A stretch of DNA of 64,000 nt from Octopus vulgaris (GCA_951406725.2 OX597821.1:6386001-6450000); one strand, 5' to 3'. Counted from the stretch's first letter, positions 27,849 through 43,025 are shown. Program-made: numbers and translations. The notes: generated by a model from the sequence alone, not told the origin.

Positions 27849-28336
27849 TATACACATGACATCCATAAGAGATGTTATTTCTTGAAGAATATCACAGTAA
27901 ATTGCCTTTCAATGATGTATTTACGTTAAGTATGGTACACAGATGGTTATTTTATTTTAATACTACTTCTACAGATGAGATTTAACACAGTGAAAATTTT
28001 TTAAAGCACCAAATAAAGTAATACAGTAATTTTATATCACTTTAAACACCATCAATGAGTTGGTTAAATAAATAATAAAATATTTCTAGTTTCCGTACAT
28101 CACTCATTATGGTTTTGCTGCTTGTTTTGGGTTCCTCACTTGATTTGGTTTTGTCTCTTGTTTTTAGTTCAGTTGGAGGCATCTCGTTATAAGTGCATTA
28201 AGTGTTTCTTGTTCCCAAGACAGTCTTTTATATTTATTTATAATGTGACGTGGGATGGATTTAGCTCTGCTGCAGCTTTCACTTTGTTTGATATTGAATC
28301 TTAATATATTAAAATCTCAGTTAATTTTTTTTAATA

Positions 28337-28501
28337 GGCATAGGAGTGGCTGTGTGGTAAGTAGCTTGCTAACCAGCCACATGGTTGCGGGTTCAGTCCC
28401 ACTGAGTGGCATCTTGGGCAAGTGTCTTCTGCTATAGCCCCGGGCCGACCAACGCCTTGTGAGTGGATTTGGTAGACGGAAACTGAAAGAAGCCTGTCGT
28501 A

Positions 28502-28563
<62 letters not shown>

Positions 28564-28780
28564 ATTGTGTGTCTGTATTTGTCCCCCTAGCATTGCTTGA
28601 CAACCGATGCTGGTGTGTTTACGTCCCTGTCACTTAGTGGTTCGGCAAAAGAGACCGATAGAATAAGTACTGGGCTTACAAAGAATAAGTCCTGGGGTTG
28701 ATTTGCTTGACTAAAGGCGGTGCTCCAGCATGGCCGCAGTCAAATGACTGAAACAAGTAAAAGTGTAAAGAGTAAAGAGT
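28337..28780 (+). mobile_element. Full-length SINE family A copy
   Basis: tRNA-like head, CORE-like cttgggcaagtgtctt, internal microsatellite and (TAAAGAG)n tail. Confidence 0.9.
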
Positions 28781-28872
28781 AATGTGGACAAAATTTTTTG
28801 GCAAACTCATAATTTCTGAAGGCAGGTTTGTGTGGTAAGTAGCTTGAGAGAAACTGAAAGAAGCCCATTGTA

Positions 28873-28955
<83 letters not shown>

Positions 28956-29619
28956 TGTGTGCACGTATATTTACATGTGTGTATCTGTGTTTGTCCCTCA
29001 CCTCCATCCTACTCCACTATTGCTTGACAACCAATGCTGGTGTGCCTATGTCCCCATAACTTAGCAGTTCTGTAAAAGAGACTAATTGAATAAGTACTAG
29101 GAGGTGATCTCTCCAACTTAAAACCTTTTAGGATTAGCTCCAGGATAGCCACAGTCAAATGACTGAAACAAGTAAAAGAATAAAAGAATAAAAAAATAAT
29201 TCATATCTTTTTTTATCCTTTATATTTTACTTGTTTTTGTCATTGGACTATGACCATACTGGAGCTAAGTTACTAGGACGTACACAAACCAATCCTGGTC
29301 ATCAAACAGTGGGGGACAGATGCATGCACAATGGCTCATACACACAGATACACACATACATACATATATAAAGTTTCAATAAGAGTATTGAATAATTTCA
29401 ATACCAGTCTGCTAGAAATAGACCCCAAATGGTTCATGAACCACTAAAAATTTTTACTCCACTACCACAAGTTTGTAAGTGAGGGAAGTAGACAGCAAGG
29501 ATTTATAGAATATTTTGGATATTACCATATCTATAGATATCACAGTTTGACTTATTAAAACTGTTTCTGATCATCAGTGGTAAACACTTAATGTAAATAA
29601 AATGAGAAATACATACATA

Positions 29620-29781
29620 GGCGCAGGAGTGGCTGAGTGCTAAGTAGCTTGCTTACTAACCACATGGTTCTGGGTTCATTCCCACTGCATGGCACCTTGG
29701 GTAAGTGTCTTCCACAATAGCCTTGAACTGACCAAAGCCTTGTGAGTGGATTTGGTTGACAGAAACTGAAAGAAGCCTGTC

Positions 29782-29825
<44 letters not shown>

Positions 29826-29963
29826 GAGTAAATAATTTCTATAATGGTTTTTAAAAGAACCAACAATTATTTACTGGTAGAATTCGGTATGTAAATATAA
29901 CCGATTAACGGTAGGAACTTCTGTAAAGTTCAGTATATATATTGCCTGCCCCATTTATTTATA

Positions 29964-29994
<31 letters not shown>

Positions 29995-30123
29995 ACGGGA
30001 AGCTTTATGAAAATAAACAAAAGACGAAGGCAGGTGGAAAACAAACGAACAATTGTATTAGTATGGCGCTCAGGAAATATAAATAAAACAAGTCTTTAAC
30101 TTGTATATATATATATGTATATA

Positions 30124-30205
<82 letters not shown>

Positions 30206-30442
30206 TACGTGTATGTGTGTGTGTGTGTATATGTTTGTGTGTCTGTGTTTGTACCCCCAACATTGCTTGACAACCGATGCTGGTATGTTTACCTCTCCAT
30301 AACTTATCGGTTTGGCAAAAGAGGCCAATAAAATAAGTACTAGGCTTACAAAGAATAAGTCCTGGGGTCAATTTGCTCGACTAAAGGCAGTGCTCCAGCA
30401 TGGCCACAGTCAAATAACTGAAACAAGTAAAAGAGTAAGAGT
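29620..30442 (+). mobile_element. SINE family A copy split by two foreign inserts in its internal (TA)n tract
   Basis: 5' half at 29620-29782 and 3' half at about 30225-30442. Unrelated segments at about 29825-29960 and 29995-30102 lie between TA runs. Confidence 0.75.
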
Positions 30443-32975
30443 ACATACTACCATTAGCATGCACAATATACATGCATTTCGCATGTATTCACAAATTTCA
30501 AAATCCCAGCATCTATTTCAACCATGTGGTTCTTTACTCCGAATAGTTGCACAGTGAATATATTATAGGAGTGAATTAATATTTATTTTTATATGTAATA
30601 AGGATAAAGTCATTATTTAATGAATTTATCAGTGGCCAGCATACTAAAATACCATAATGGTTAATTTATATTAAAGTTTCAATAAGGGCATGGAATAATT
30701 TCAACGCCAGAACTGCTTTCAGTTTCCATCCACTCACAAGGCTTTGGTTGGCCTGTGACTGTAGTAGAAGGTACTTGCCCAGGTGCCACACAGTGGAACT
30801 GAAACCAGAAACATGTGGTTGGGAAGCAAGCTTCTTACCATACAGCCAGTTTTCTATGCTCTGAGTTTAGATTTTTATCTCTCTTCGTTTTGGGGGTCAG
30901 TAAAATCAGTCCCAGTCCAGTGGGGTGGATTAGCTGAATTCTTTGTGCATAGAATGAAGTACCTTGTGGTATTTGTTCTGAGTCTTTGCATTCTGACTTC
31001 TTGAATACTTGACTTAATCTGTTACCCAGTTTATCACCAATAGGACCCCTATCAGTCAAAGTTGCTCAATGCATCTGCACATTTATGCATGCAGGCTTAG
31101 AAAATATTTTTTTATTCTTAGGAAGATCAGCTGGTGTTAATTTATGCATTTTTTCCTTCTCCACACCATTGATGTTTATCAGTCCTGAAAGGATGAAAGG
31201 TAAAGTAGATCTTGGCAGGATTTGAACTCAGAGCATAGAGAGTCAGAATAAGTACTGCAGGGTATTCTATTCATACTAAAGGCTCTGCCAGTTCCTTGCA
31301 GAATCGAAAATAAAGTATTAATTTAGGGTGGTAGAATTTTTAGGGGGTTGGGGGAAATGGCTTGCAGCATCTGTTTCAACTCTTGGCATTGTGACAACAA
31401 TGCCTGCAACTACACTGGTGCCAAGTTGTATCAGCTTGAGTTGGCAGCCTTTCCCTTGGATAAGCATCAGTGGCATGGAGAGGGGAGAGAGACCTGCATG
31501 CATGGGTAACTACTAGTTTCTCACAAAAATATCTTGTCCACTTCTGCACATATATGTGCAGATACATGGCCAACATTGACATATGGAGGTCTTACAGCTT
31601 AACACTTCTATTTAATCCTTGGATGCAAGTTTTCAGGCCAGATTTCTGGTTTGAGAATAATCTTTTATCTTCCTCCCTGAGATCAGAGGGCTACAGATGG
31701 TAAAGAAGGGTCACTGGCACAACTCATCCCTCCTTAACTACTGTATTTTCTGGCAAACAAATTGATGTAGTATATAGTACAAGCATGTAGGGTAAACAGT
31801 CAAAAATTGTCATTATCTTTCCAAACCCTGCTGTATTTCATATGGGATTTTCAATTCTCCAAAGATGTCTTGGTGTGTAAGTCAACCTACCTTTTTTGGC
31901 TGTAAATTTTGGTCTGAAAAATTTGACGCTTATGATAGATAATATGGTATGTGTAAAAGAGAAAGATAGGTTAGTCATGGCTGGAATCTCATTGATAATT
32001 TATCTGTTCAATCAAGGCTCACCTGAAGTCAAAAAGCAATAAACTTGAAGAACAAAATTGAAGTCTGCAAAAAAACTTTATCATTTCTACCAATGCCATT
32101 AGTTAATTAAAAATAACCAGATGATAATATTTATTACATAGATATGGAAACTTTAATACATTAAGAATTTTTAATGGAGCAGAAATGGATAGTTATAATA
32201 TTTCTTCTTGCTTGATCTGAAGGATATGAGAGATGTAAATGATGTGGAATAGGTCCAGCAGGAATCAAATTAAATTATACAAGTTTGGTTACTGAAAGTC
32301 TACCTCTGCAATCCGGTACAGTAACATCAGTTTAGAAATAGTAACAAAATCTAAATATTCATTCCTTAGCTACCCTTTTCTTCTGATTTATATTTAAAGC
32401 TAAATTAATGTTGGGTGGGGATGTTTTATTACCAGTGGCTTATATTACAACCCGACTCCCAAGATATTCTAAAGATAAGACGTAGCTTCTGAAATGTTGC
32501 ACTGTATATATTACATATCAATGGTAACTTATATTACATGTCTGGATTTAAGGAAGGTTGGAAAATTTCCTCTTGGAAATGAGGCTTTTCTTAATGATAA
32601 GATGTTGAGAGATATTTTGAAGCTTCTTTAGAAATTGAGGGTGGAGTTTTTTTCTTGGAGTTGGGGTGGGGGACTTTAAAAACAATATCTTTCGGTATGA
32701 TATTATAAACTCTCTTGTGGATAAAATGCATCAGAAAATGAATGATTTTAGTTCTATTCTAAGTGACTGTGTTGATAAATAAGCTGGATTACTGGGGTGG
32801 ATTTTCTAGTTTCTAACTAAGCTATTTGGATTTTGTTGTTAGGAAATACTAGTCAACTTTGAATGATTGATTATATAATAATGATGATGATGATAGTGAT
32901 GATGGTGGTGGTGGTGATGGTGGTGGTGGTGGTGGTGGTGGTTGTGGTTATGATGATGATGATGATGATGATGAT

Positions 32976-33512
32976 CAATGCCCTGATGCAGTACCAGACA
33001 GTGGCTCTCATGGCTTCTGATCTTAACTGATTGGAAGTGTTATCATGTACATTGTTTTGTCTTGGTATAAAAGATGGGCTACAGCAAATATTCTGCTCAA
33101 TACCACAGATTTGCTTGTCAGTTGTTTCACCTTAATCAGTTGAGCATGTCCCTTAGTGGCTGACAATATGTGCATCTCTGACCACGAGCAGAGATAGTGG
33201 GAGAGCATCATAGCTGTGTGTTGAAAGGAATTCTTAGAGGTTTGGATAATTCACCTTTGGAAACATGGGTGGTTCTTTCAACATCCTTAAACAATCCTTA
33301 TTCAGGGACCTTTTGAGCAGGATGGGCTACTTGACTGGAAGAAAAATCTAACTGGGCCCCACCTGCATATGTCGCGCACATATGGTTGTGATGCATGTGC
33401 CTGGTGTACCCTTATCAGATGCGTAGTCATGATGGGTATACTGGGCTTCGTATATTTTACCCCAGGGTCACTTTGATGGCATTCACTGCTCTCTCACTCA
33501 ATAATAATAATA
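32976..33512 (+). repeat. Unclassified interspersed segment ending in (TAA)n, possibly a retroelement 3' UTR
   Basis: Higher-GC block with sharp microsatellite boundaries, ending ctctctcactc-aataataataa directly before the second RLE fragment. Confidence 0.35.
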
Positions 33513-33516
33513 GTAA

Positions 33517-33800
33517 TATGACAACAGGATCAATGTGAAAGAAGAAGGAAAAATAAGCAACTATGATGATTTAAAGTGGGAAATAGGTTGAGGTCAATGA
33601 AGAGAATAGATGTGATACCAACAGTAATTGGTGCACTTGGAAGTATCAGCACTCAACTACCAACATGGCTGAAAAAGATTGGTGCAATTGTGAAGGTAGA
33701 ACACTTTCAAAAATCAGCATTGCTTGGAACTGCAAGAATTCTTTGTGGGGTTCTTGAAGCATGACCAGTAAAACAAGTGTCACCTTAGTCTGCCTTAATG
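33517..33800 (+). mobile_element. 3' fragment of a second R4/Dong-like non-LTR retrotransposon
   Basis: DNRINVKEEGKISNYDDLKWEI (frameshift) ...IPTVIGALGSI...QKSALLGTARIL is homologous to the 166..405 peptide. Flanked by TAA-rich repeats. Confidence 0.8.
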
Positions 33801-34579
33801 ATAATAATCACAAGGCCAGTAATTTCTGAGGAGGGATGAAGTCGATTACATCGACCCCAGTATTCAACTGGTTCTTATTTTATTGACCCTGGAATGATAA
33901 AAAGCAAAGTCAATCTTGGCAGAATTTGAACTCGGAATGGAAAAACGGATGAAATGCTGCAAAGCATTTTGTCCTGCATGCTAACATACATATTAATTAT
34001 TTGTAGGGACAGTGTTTTGTTATGCAACTATAATATACTACAAAGTGTTACACTATTGTATTTTGTGGCTATATAAGCAATGAGTTCGTGGATGGTTAAT
34101 GGGTTGGTTGTGGTGTTGAAAAAAGAGCAAGAACTTATGAAATATGCATATGCAGCCATTGCCTATTTTTCCATCCTTAACCACATTGTTTTCATGAGGT
34201 GCATTTGAGTACAAAATGTCGTAACGAATCAGTGCAAGCAATAATTTCTATAGAAAATTTGTAGAGATGACCTTAAAAAGTGATTTAATAGCACTGCTAA
34301 CACAGTAGAACACAGTGTTGGCTTATAAAGTGTTTAATATCCTGGAAGCTCTGAGTTGTAGTCAATGAGGAGATGGGAGTTTAATGAATGTAGTTGGGAT
34401 GTAGGTAAAGGCAGTAGTGAGGAGGGTGGGGGAATTATATTATGATGTCTGGGACTACAGCAGAAGCTACTTGGCCAAGGTGCTGTGCAGTGGGACTGAA
34501 CCTGAAACCACATAGTTGCAAAGCAAACTTCTAAACCACACAACTGCACCTGATATGAAAAAACACAACAATATTAGTT

Positions 34580-34801
34580 TTACTTTTATTTGTTTCGGTC
34601 ATTCGACTGCGACCATGCTGGAGCACCGCCTTTAGTTGAACAAATTGACCCCAGGACTTATTCTTTGTAAGCCTAATATTTATTCTATTGGTCTCTTTTG
34701 CCGAACTGCTAAGTTACAGGGACATAAACACACCAACATCAGTTGTCAAGCTATGGTGGGGGGGGGGACAAACACAGACATACAAACATACACATACATA
34801 T

Positions 34802-34851
<50 letters not shown>

Positions 34852-35013
34852 CAGGCTTCTTCCAGTTTCCGTCTACCAAATCCACTCACAAGGCTTCAAT
34901 CGGTCAGAGGCTAGAGTAGAAGACACTTGCCCAAGGTACCACGCAGTGGGACTGAATTCAGAACCATGTGGTTGGTAAGCAAGCTACTTACCACACAGCC
35001 ACTCCTGAGCCTA
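34580..35013 (-). mobile_element. Full-length SINE family A copy
   Basis: Reverse complement of 49647-50060. Further minus copies at about 17737-17945, 37681-37998, 38232-38660 and 40549-40995. Confidence 0.85.
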
Positions 35014-35475
35014 TGCTTTATTATAATTAATATTTAAATTTATTACAAGATACAGGAGACAACTTTAGATGTATTTTTGCTTTTAATAGGTTTCATTAGT
35101 GGAGTGTAGCAGCCCATAATTCGCAGAAATGGTAAAGAACGAATCAGTTGGTAAATATACAGAAATACATGTTCAAAACGATTTAAATTTCTAAGCAATT
35201 TTTTTACTTAATCAACAGATATGCATTTCTGTATAGTTACTCGAAAGTTGTTCACTTACTAATCTAGCAGTTACAGTGAAGTTCTTTTCCTGTGATGATG
35301 CTTATTAGAAAGCAGAAAAATGTTAGAAATTGTTGGGAAAATGGTGGGCAAAAGGAAGATTAATCCTTGAGTAATGTTATTTTTTCTCGTTAGATTTTTA
35401 ATGCTTCATGTGTTTACTTAACTAATGTTTTACTGCAGTTTGGTCGTAGATTTTGACAAGTAATTTCTTTTACTT

Positions 35476-35477
<2 letters not shown>

Positions 35478-35535
<58 letters not shown>

Positions 35536-35600
35536 CTATCCATCTATCTCTCTCTCTATCTATATTTCTCTCTCACTCTGTCTATTTATTTATTTCTCTT

Positions 35601-35668
<68 letters not shown>

Positions 35669-35727
35669 ATCTATCTCTCTCTCTATCTATATTTCTCTCT
35701 CACTCTGTCTATTTATTTATTTCTCTT

Positions 35728-35801
<74 letters not shown>

Positions 35802-35861
35802 CATCTATCTCTCTCTCTATCTATATTTCTCTCTCACTCTGTCTATTTATTTATTTCTCTT

Positions 35862-35921
<60 letters not shown>

Positions 35922-35981
35922 CATCTATCTCTCTCTCTATCTATATTTCTCTCTCACTCTGTCTATTTATTTATTTCTCTT

Positions 35982-36033
<52 letters not shown>

Positions 36034-36086
36034 CATCTATCTCTCTCTCTATCTATATTTCTCTCTCACTCTGTCTATTTATTTAT

Positions 36087-36151
<65 letters not shown>

Positions 36152-36204
36152 CATCTATCTCTCTCTCTATCTATATTTCTCTCTCACTCTGTCTATTTAT
36201 TTAT

Positions 36205-36284
<80 letters not shown>

Positions 36285-36335
36285 CTCTCTCTATCTATAT
36301 TTCTCTCTCACTCTGTCTATTTATTTATTTCTCTT

Positions 36336-36372
<37 letters not shown>
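35478..36372. repeat. Higher-order tandem repeat, seven units of about 113-135 bp built from (CT)n and (TCTA)n
   Basis: The core ctatatttctctctcactctgtctatttatttatttctcttt recurs seven times. It explains ORF 35453..36598. Confidence 0.9.
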
Positions 36373-36373
<1 letters not shown>

Positions 36374-36471
36374 CCTATCAATATGTCAATTTATCTCTCT
36401 CTCTCTCTCTCTCCCTCTCTAACTATCTATGTCTGTCTGTCTGTCTTTCTGTCTATAAGTCTGTTTGTCTG

Positions 36472-36548
<77 letters not shown>

Positions 36549-36808
36549 GTCTATCTTTATTCCCCCCCTGCCTCAGGTTACCTTGGTCTCTTATGTAGGC
36601 TTTTTTTTCCACAGATAAACCTAATCTTGCTTTTTACATTTCTAATATTTTCTGTAATACATGATCCCTTTTAATGGTTTCTTTTTCTCATGATCTCTTT
36701 TGGACTGGAACTTTATTTTTCTCTTTTCTTTTTCTATTTTCGAAAAGAAAGGCTCTACATTGTATTTTGTCCTCTCTGTGTTTGGCCCTGTGTGGCTAAT
36801 AAAGAAAC

Positions 36809-36906
<98 letters not shown>

Positions 36907-37997
36907 GTCTATCTACCTACCTAGTTATCCCCCTTCTCTCTCTCTCCTTCTCCTTTTCTTTATCTCTCTATATTTGGTAAACCTGTCTTTATACTTATTT
37001 GCCTAACTACACAAGCATGAACCACAAAGCATATTTGTACAAGTACACATGTCTACCTTCTCTTCTACATATACAGTCTTGGATTTCTTGCACAATAGCA
37101 CTTTTGCTCATTTTTTCTTCTAGCCTGTATATAGATGCCTATTTGTGTACAAATATATCTGATGTTGCTGCCACATACTTGTCAGTTTTGCCATTGAATA
37201 TTGCTTATTTGTAAAATGGTATCTACCTCTACACAGTCTTATACAGGTTTCCTCTCTTACATACACACAAACGTGCATGCATGTACACACACACACACAC
37301 ACACACCCAGACACATATGGGGTAAAGATCCACCTCGGTCATAAACGACCATGGGATTACGCCTAAACAGTTACTCTCTGAGGCACAAGTCCAGGCAAGG
37401 TTGTTTATGGAAGACCAGCAGTCGCCCATGCATACCACCCTCCCTTCTCCACACCACTGATGTTATTCGAGAGAAAAGAAAAGGGGCCGATACAGCTTGG
37501 CACCGGTGACGTTGCAAATCATTTCTACATTTGAGTGAACTGCAAGTACATGAAATAAAGTGGCTTGCTCAAAAACACAACACACAACCCACAACCCAGC
37601 CTGGGAATCAAACTCACTACCTCATGATTGTGAGTCCAATGCTCTAACCACTGAGCTATGTGCCTTCATATATATATATACTCTCTTTACTTGTTTCAGT
37701 CATTTGACTGCGGCCATGCTGGAGCACCGCCTTTAATCGAGCAACTCGACCCCGGGAACTATTCTTTGTAAGCCCAGTACTTATTCTATCGGTCTCTTTT
37801 GCCGAACCGCTAAGTGACGGGGACGCAAACACACCAGCATCGGTTGTCAAGCAATGCTAGGGGGACAAACACAGACACACAAACACACACATACATATAT
37901 ATATATACATATATATGACAGGCTTCTTTCAGTTTCCGTCTACCAAATCCACTCACAAGGCATTGGTCGGCCCAAGGCTATAGTAGAAGACACTTGC

Positions 37998-38031
<34 letters not shown>

Positions 38032-38661
38032 TCATCATCATCGTTTAACGTCTGCCTCTTGTGTTGGCATGGGTTGGATGGTTTGATAGGAACTGGCCAA
38101 GCAAAAGAATACACCAGACTTCTGCATGTCTCTTTCAATAAACCTGGTTTTACTTGGTTTGATTATGCAGCATGTCGTTATTTGCTTGTAGGCCGTTGCC
38201 CATAGGCTTCTTGGTTGCATACTCATATTCTTATACTTTTATTCTTTTACTTGTTTAAGTCATTTGACTGTGGCCATGCTGGAGCACTGCCTTAAAGGGT
38301 GTTTTTTAGTCAAACAAATCGACCCCGCGACTTATTTTTTATTTAAGCCTAGTACTTATTCTATCAGACTCTTTTACTGAACTGCTAAGTTATGGGGACA
38401 TAAACACACCAACACCAATTGTCAAGCAGTGGCAGGAGGGGGGGGGACAAACAGAGACACAAAGACACACACAGAGGTATATGGAAATATGTATATATAT
38501 GACTGGCTTCTTTCAGTTTCTGTCTGCCAAATCCACTCAAAAGGCTTTGGTTGGCCCAAAGCTATAATAGAAGACACTTGCCCAAGGTGCCATGCAGTCG
38601 TGATGAACCCAGAACCATGTGGTTGGGAAACAAACTCCTTACTATACAGCTTTGCCTGCAC

Positions 38662-38733
<72 letters not shown>

Positions 38734-39252
38734 ATATATATATATATATATACATTTCTCTCCTGTTTCACCATCTCTTCTTTCACTCAACTTTTGTTTA
38801 CTCATGCTACTAACTGTCATATAATCTCTCCCTCACACTCCAATAGATATTTATTTTAGCCACCACTTATCTTGCTTCATTGTATGATGAGCAACTGGTG
38901 GTGAAAATTCGAAGTCACAGTTACCCTGCATAAAATACCTAACTAGTCCTTCATCCATTCAACCATCTTGCCAACCAGTGATGCATTTATCTGTCTGTGT
39001 GTCTATATAGCTATCCATTCAATACATCACCCATACTGTCAGCCAACTATCTAATCTACCTACCTTCCACAAACATACAAATACACACACACATACGTAC
39101 ATACATATGAACATACATACATACAAACCCTGGGGCCACTCTTAACTCAAAATGTCTTGTCACTTTGTTAGCGATTGGCTTGAACTCTCCGAAGAAGAAC
39201 TTAAATAAGCTCAAAGTAAAATCGTACAAATATCCATAGTTGTATGTGTATC

Positions 39253-39351
<99 letters not shown>

Positions 39352-39991
39352 AAGGTCCAAGAGTTAGACAATTCGTCATAAAACAATTATATAAAAAAAA
39401 CCCTAGAAAACCCATCAAGGAAAGTATGGTATGTAATGTATGTGTCGATATGTGTGTGAGTGTGTGTGTATATGTGTGTATGTGTGTGTGTGTATGAGTG
39501 TGTTTGTGTGTGTGTATTTCGTTATATGAGACACCCCAAAACACTCAAAAACACTTCAGCAGCACAATTTACTTGGACATTGATAACGCAAACAATTATG
39601 TATTTGCTTTCTCTTGATGACATGTAACACTGTTGCTAAGCACTCTCTCCAAAACATCTGACACAACGATAAATGGAAACACTGGACTGTATCATAGAAC
39701 AAAACTATCTTCACACGTACGTACACACACCATGTATACATACACCCACTCATATACAATATAAGTGTGTGGGTAGATATATGTGTATGTATGTGTGTGT
39801 GGGGATAGACTCTTCTTTGTCTATGTATTAGGAAGGACATCCAGCCGTAGAAAACCTTGCCAAACCAGACTAGCATCTGGTGCAGCCTTCCAGCTGGCCA
39901 GCCCAGTCAAACCATACAACCCATGGACAACCCATGGACAACAGACATTAAATGATGATGATGATGATGATATATACATATGTATATTTAT

Positions 39992-40024
<33 letters not shown>

Positions 40025-40035
40025 TATATATCTGT

Positions 40036-40234
40036 ATATGTGACAATTATTTGGTTGCCATAATAAAACTCCAAGTTTCGGATGTTACGGCGGAAATCTG
40101 CTCCAGCATCTCATCAGTTATTAAGACAAAACAAAAATGCGTTATGGCAACCGAATAATTGTCACATATTATCTTAATGATAAACTCCTCTATTTACATA
40201 ATTCATTCTTTTCGTGTCATACTATTACTATTAA
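40036..40234. mobile_element. Short inverted repeat with tail element carrying a hammerhead
   Basis: Arms atatgtgacaattatttggttgccataa and ttatggcaaccgaataattgtcacatat. The tail ataaactcctctatttacataa also occurs at about 26292. Flanked by microsatellites. Confidence 0.65.
40062..40122 (-). ncRNA. Type I hammerhead ribozyme motif with extended stem II
   Basis: Minus strand reads AATAA-CTGATGA-GATG(...)CATCc-GAAA-CTTGGAG-TT-TTATT. Confidence 0.65.
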
Positions 40235-40250
40235 TATATCTACCTATCTA

Positions 40251-40310
<60 letters not shown>

Positions 40311-40312
<2 letters not shown>

Positions 40313-40527
40313 GTAGTAAACACATAAATGCGAAACAAGGTGGAAAAAAGAGTACTCAAATACCAGTGGTAGAGTAATATGCTTTATTTAAAGCAGCAGA
40401 AAATTCAACAAAACCTGTTACTCTGAGTTTCATGTTGCCGTTCGTCGGACAGTTTTTGCTAGAATCTAGCAACGTGAAACTCAGAGTAACAGGTTTTGTT
40501 GAATTTTCTGCTGCTTTAAATAAAGTA
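40311..40527 (-). mobile_element. Hairpin with tail element, same family as 61185-61413, opposite orientation
   Basis: Arms 40381-40438 and 40469-40525, with the tail on the left. Minus-strand hammerhead motif at 40415-40452 has core CCGACGA. (TA)n on both sides. Confidence 0.75.
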
Positions 40528-40806
40528 TATATATATATATATATATATTTCTTTTTTTCTTTTATTTGTTTCAGTCATTTGGCTGTGGCCATGCTGGAGC
40601 AGTGCCTTTAGTCAAATACATCGCCCCCAAGACCTATTCTTTGTAAGCCTAGTACTTATTCTATCGGTCTCTTTTGCCAAACTGCTAAGTTACAGGGATG
40701 TAAACACACCAACATTGGTTGTCAAGTGATGATGGGGGGACAAGCACAGACACACAAACATATACATATACAAACGTTATATAAATATGTGTATATATAT
40801 ATGTGC

Positions 40807-40846
<40 letters not shown>

Positions 40847-41594
40847 CAGACTTCTTTCAGTTTCCATCTACCAAATCCACTCACAAGGCTTTGGTCGGCC
40901 CGAGGCTATAGTAGAAGATGCCATGCAGTGTGACTGAACCTGGAAATCATGTGGTTGGTAAGCAAGCTACTTACCACACAGCCACTTCTGTGTCTATATA
41001 TATATATATATACCACATGCATATGCATAACTACTAGGGCTGATATTAGGTATTTTAGGTTTAGAACTGATGGTAATTGTTGTCAGTGTTCTGTTTAGCT
41101 TAATGGTAGAGTACCCAGCCAGTATCTGAGTTGTTTAGGTTCAACTGCTATAGCTGCCTGCTGGCTCATTTTTTCTGTCTTATAAAGGTAATTACCCAAT
41201 CTTTCGGCTGTTTTAACAACTTCACTGCATTTGCAATTTACTTTCTTGTCTATAAAATACCAAACACATTTCACACTTTCACAGTTTGTTTACTTGGTGG
41301 CCCTGCCAGTGCTGGTGCCACACCAAAGAACCTTCCAGTTCACACTGTACAGTGGTTGGCATTTGGAAGGCCATCCAACTGTAAAAACCTTGCCAAAACT
41401 GACCTCGCTTGTGCTGGTGCTACATGAAAAGGCATCAGTCCACTCTGCAGAGTGGTTGGTGTTAGGAAGGGCATCCAGCTGTAAAAACCCTGCCAAAACA
41501 GACACAATTGCTTGAGGTGGTCTTCCACCTGGCCGGCTCCTGTCGAACTGTCCAACCCATGCTTGCATGGAAAGTAGACATTAAATGATGATGT

Positions 41595-41625
<31 letters not shown>

Positions 41626-42252
41626 ATACACTACATTCCCATATATCTTCCATGATGATGATTGGATCATCATCATCATCATCATCATAACCATGATGAC
41701 CATGATGACCATGATGATGATCATCATCACCTAAAGCACCACTGCTACCACTGGCACCTCCACTACCACTGCTGCCTGCTGCAGGGTCATAAATATTACA
41801 CTCAGTAAAGAAGGCTGAAGTTCCCTTTACTAGGTACTGATTAAGTTTTTGAAATCTTCCAGGAGAAATATAAGTAGAGTGGTAGAGTTAAGGGTTTGGG
41901 TGGGGTGGTAATCTTTTCAGACATTTTCTCAAGAGGGCATGTTATATGAAGTGAAGGAGATTTTTCAGTTCATAAACAATTTAAGTCTACCATTATATTA
42001 TCCCACTTTTTACTTATTTGGTTTTATACCCATTTCCCCATGCTATGTAATCGACTAGCCCCCTCCCCCAAATTTCAGGCCTTGTACCTTTCGTAGAAAG
42101 GAGTATCATCATCATCATCATGTATACCATATCTGTAGCCTAAAGAGGCGATAGATGCTCAGAGTTGTGGAATTTTAATGGGCAGATAACATCATGGTTG
42201 TCAGCCTTCTGAGATACTTGCCTTCACTCCATGTAATACACATAGGCATATA

Positions 42253-42291
<39 letters not shown>

Positions 42292-42994
42292 TTAACAGCT
42301 ATTTACCATGTGGGATGGGTTCCACCATTTGACTGGATCTGATAAACTGGAGAGCTGCACCATGTTCCAGTCATCTGTTTTGGTGTGGTTTCTATGGCTG
42401 GATACCCTTACTAAGGCCAACCACTTTACAAAGTGTACTGGGTATCTTTTATGCGTTACCTGTACAGGTCCCTTTTACATTTCACTGGCATAAGTGCCTT
42501 TTACATGCCACCAGCATGGGTACCTTTTATATATCACTGGCACCGGCCATGAGCATAATTTCACTTACCTTGACATTAAGGTTAGGGTCCAGAAGTCTTA
42601 GTCATTTGTCATCTTCTCCATAAGACTCAACGACTGAAGATCATATTTCATATATGCGTACTCATCCCCAACTAATCTGGTCAAAATGATATAAGGGACA
42701 AAATGATATAAGTCCCTTGGCGATATACTGTGTTTGTGTTAACCTGTCAGGTTGTGGCTGATGCTGGTGTCAGGTCAACGGCACCCATGCCAGTGGCATA
42801 TAAAAAGCACCCACTACACTCTTGGAGTGGTTGTCATTAAGAAGGGCATCTAGACGAAATCATCTTGCCAAATCAGATTGGAACCTGGTGCAGCAGCCAC
42901 CAGTTTACCAGTTTGCAGTCAAACCATCCAACTCATGGCAGCATGGAAAGCAGATGTTAAACGATGATGATGATGGTAGGTGTGGTAGATGGTA

Positions 42995-43025
<31 letters not shown>

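Noticed and set aside
35453-36598. 381-aa ORF
   Set aside because: Translation of (CT)n/(TCTA)n repeats that happen to lack stop codons.
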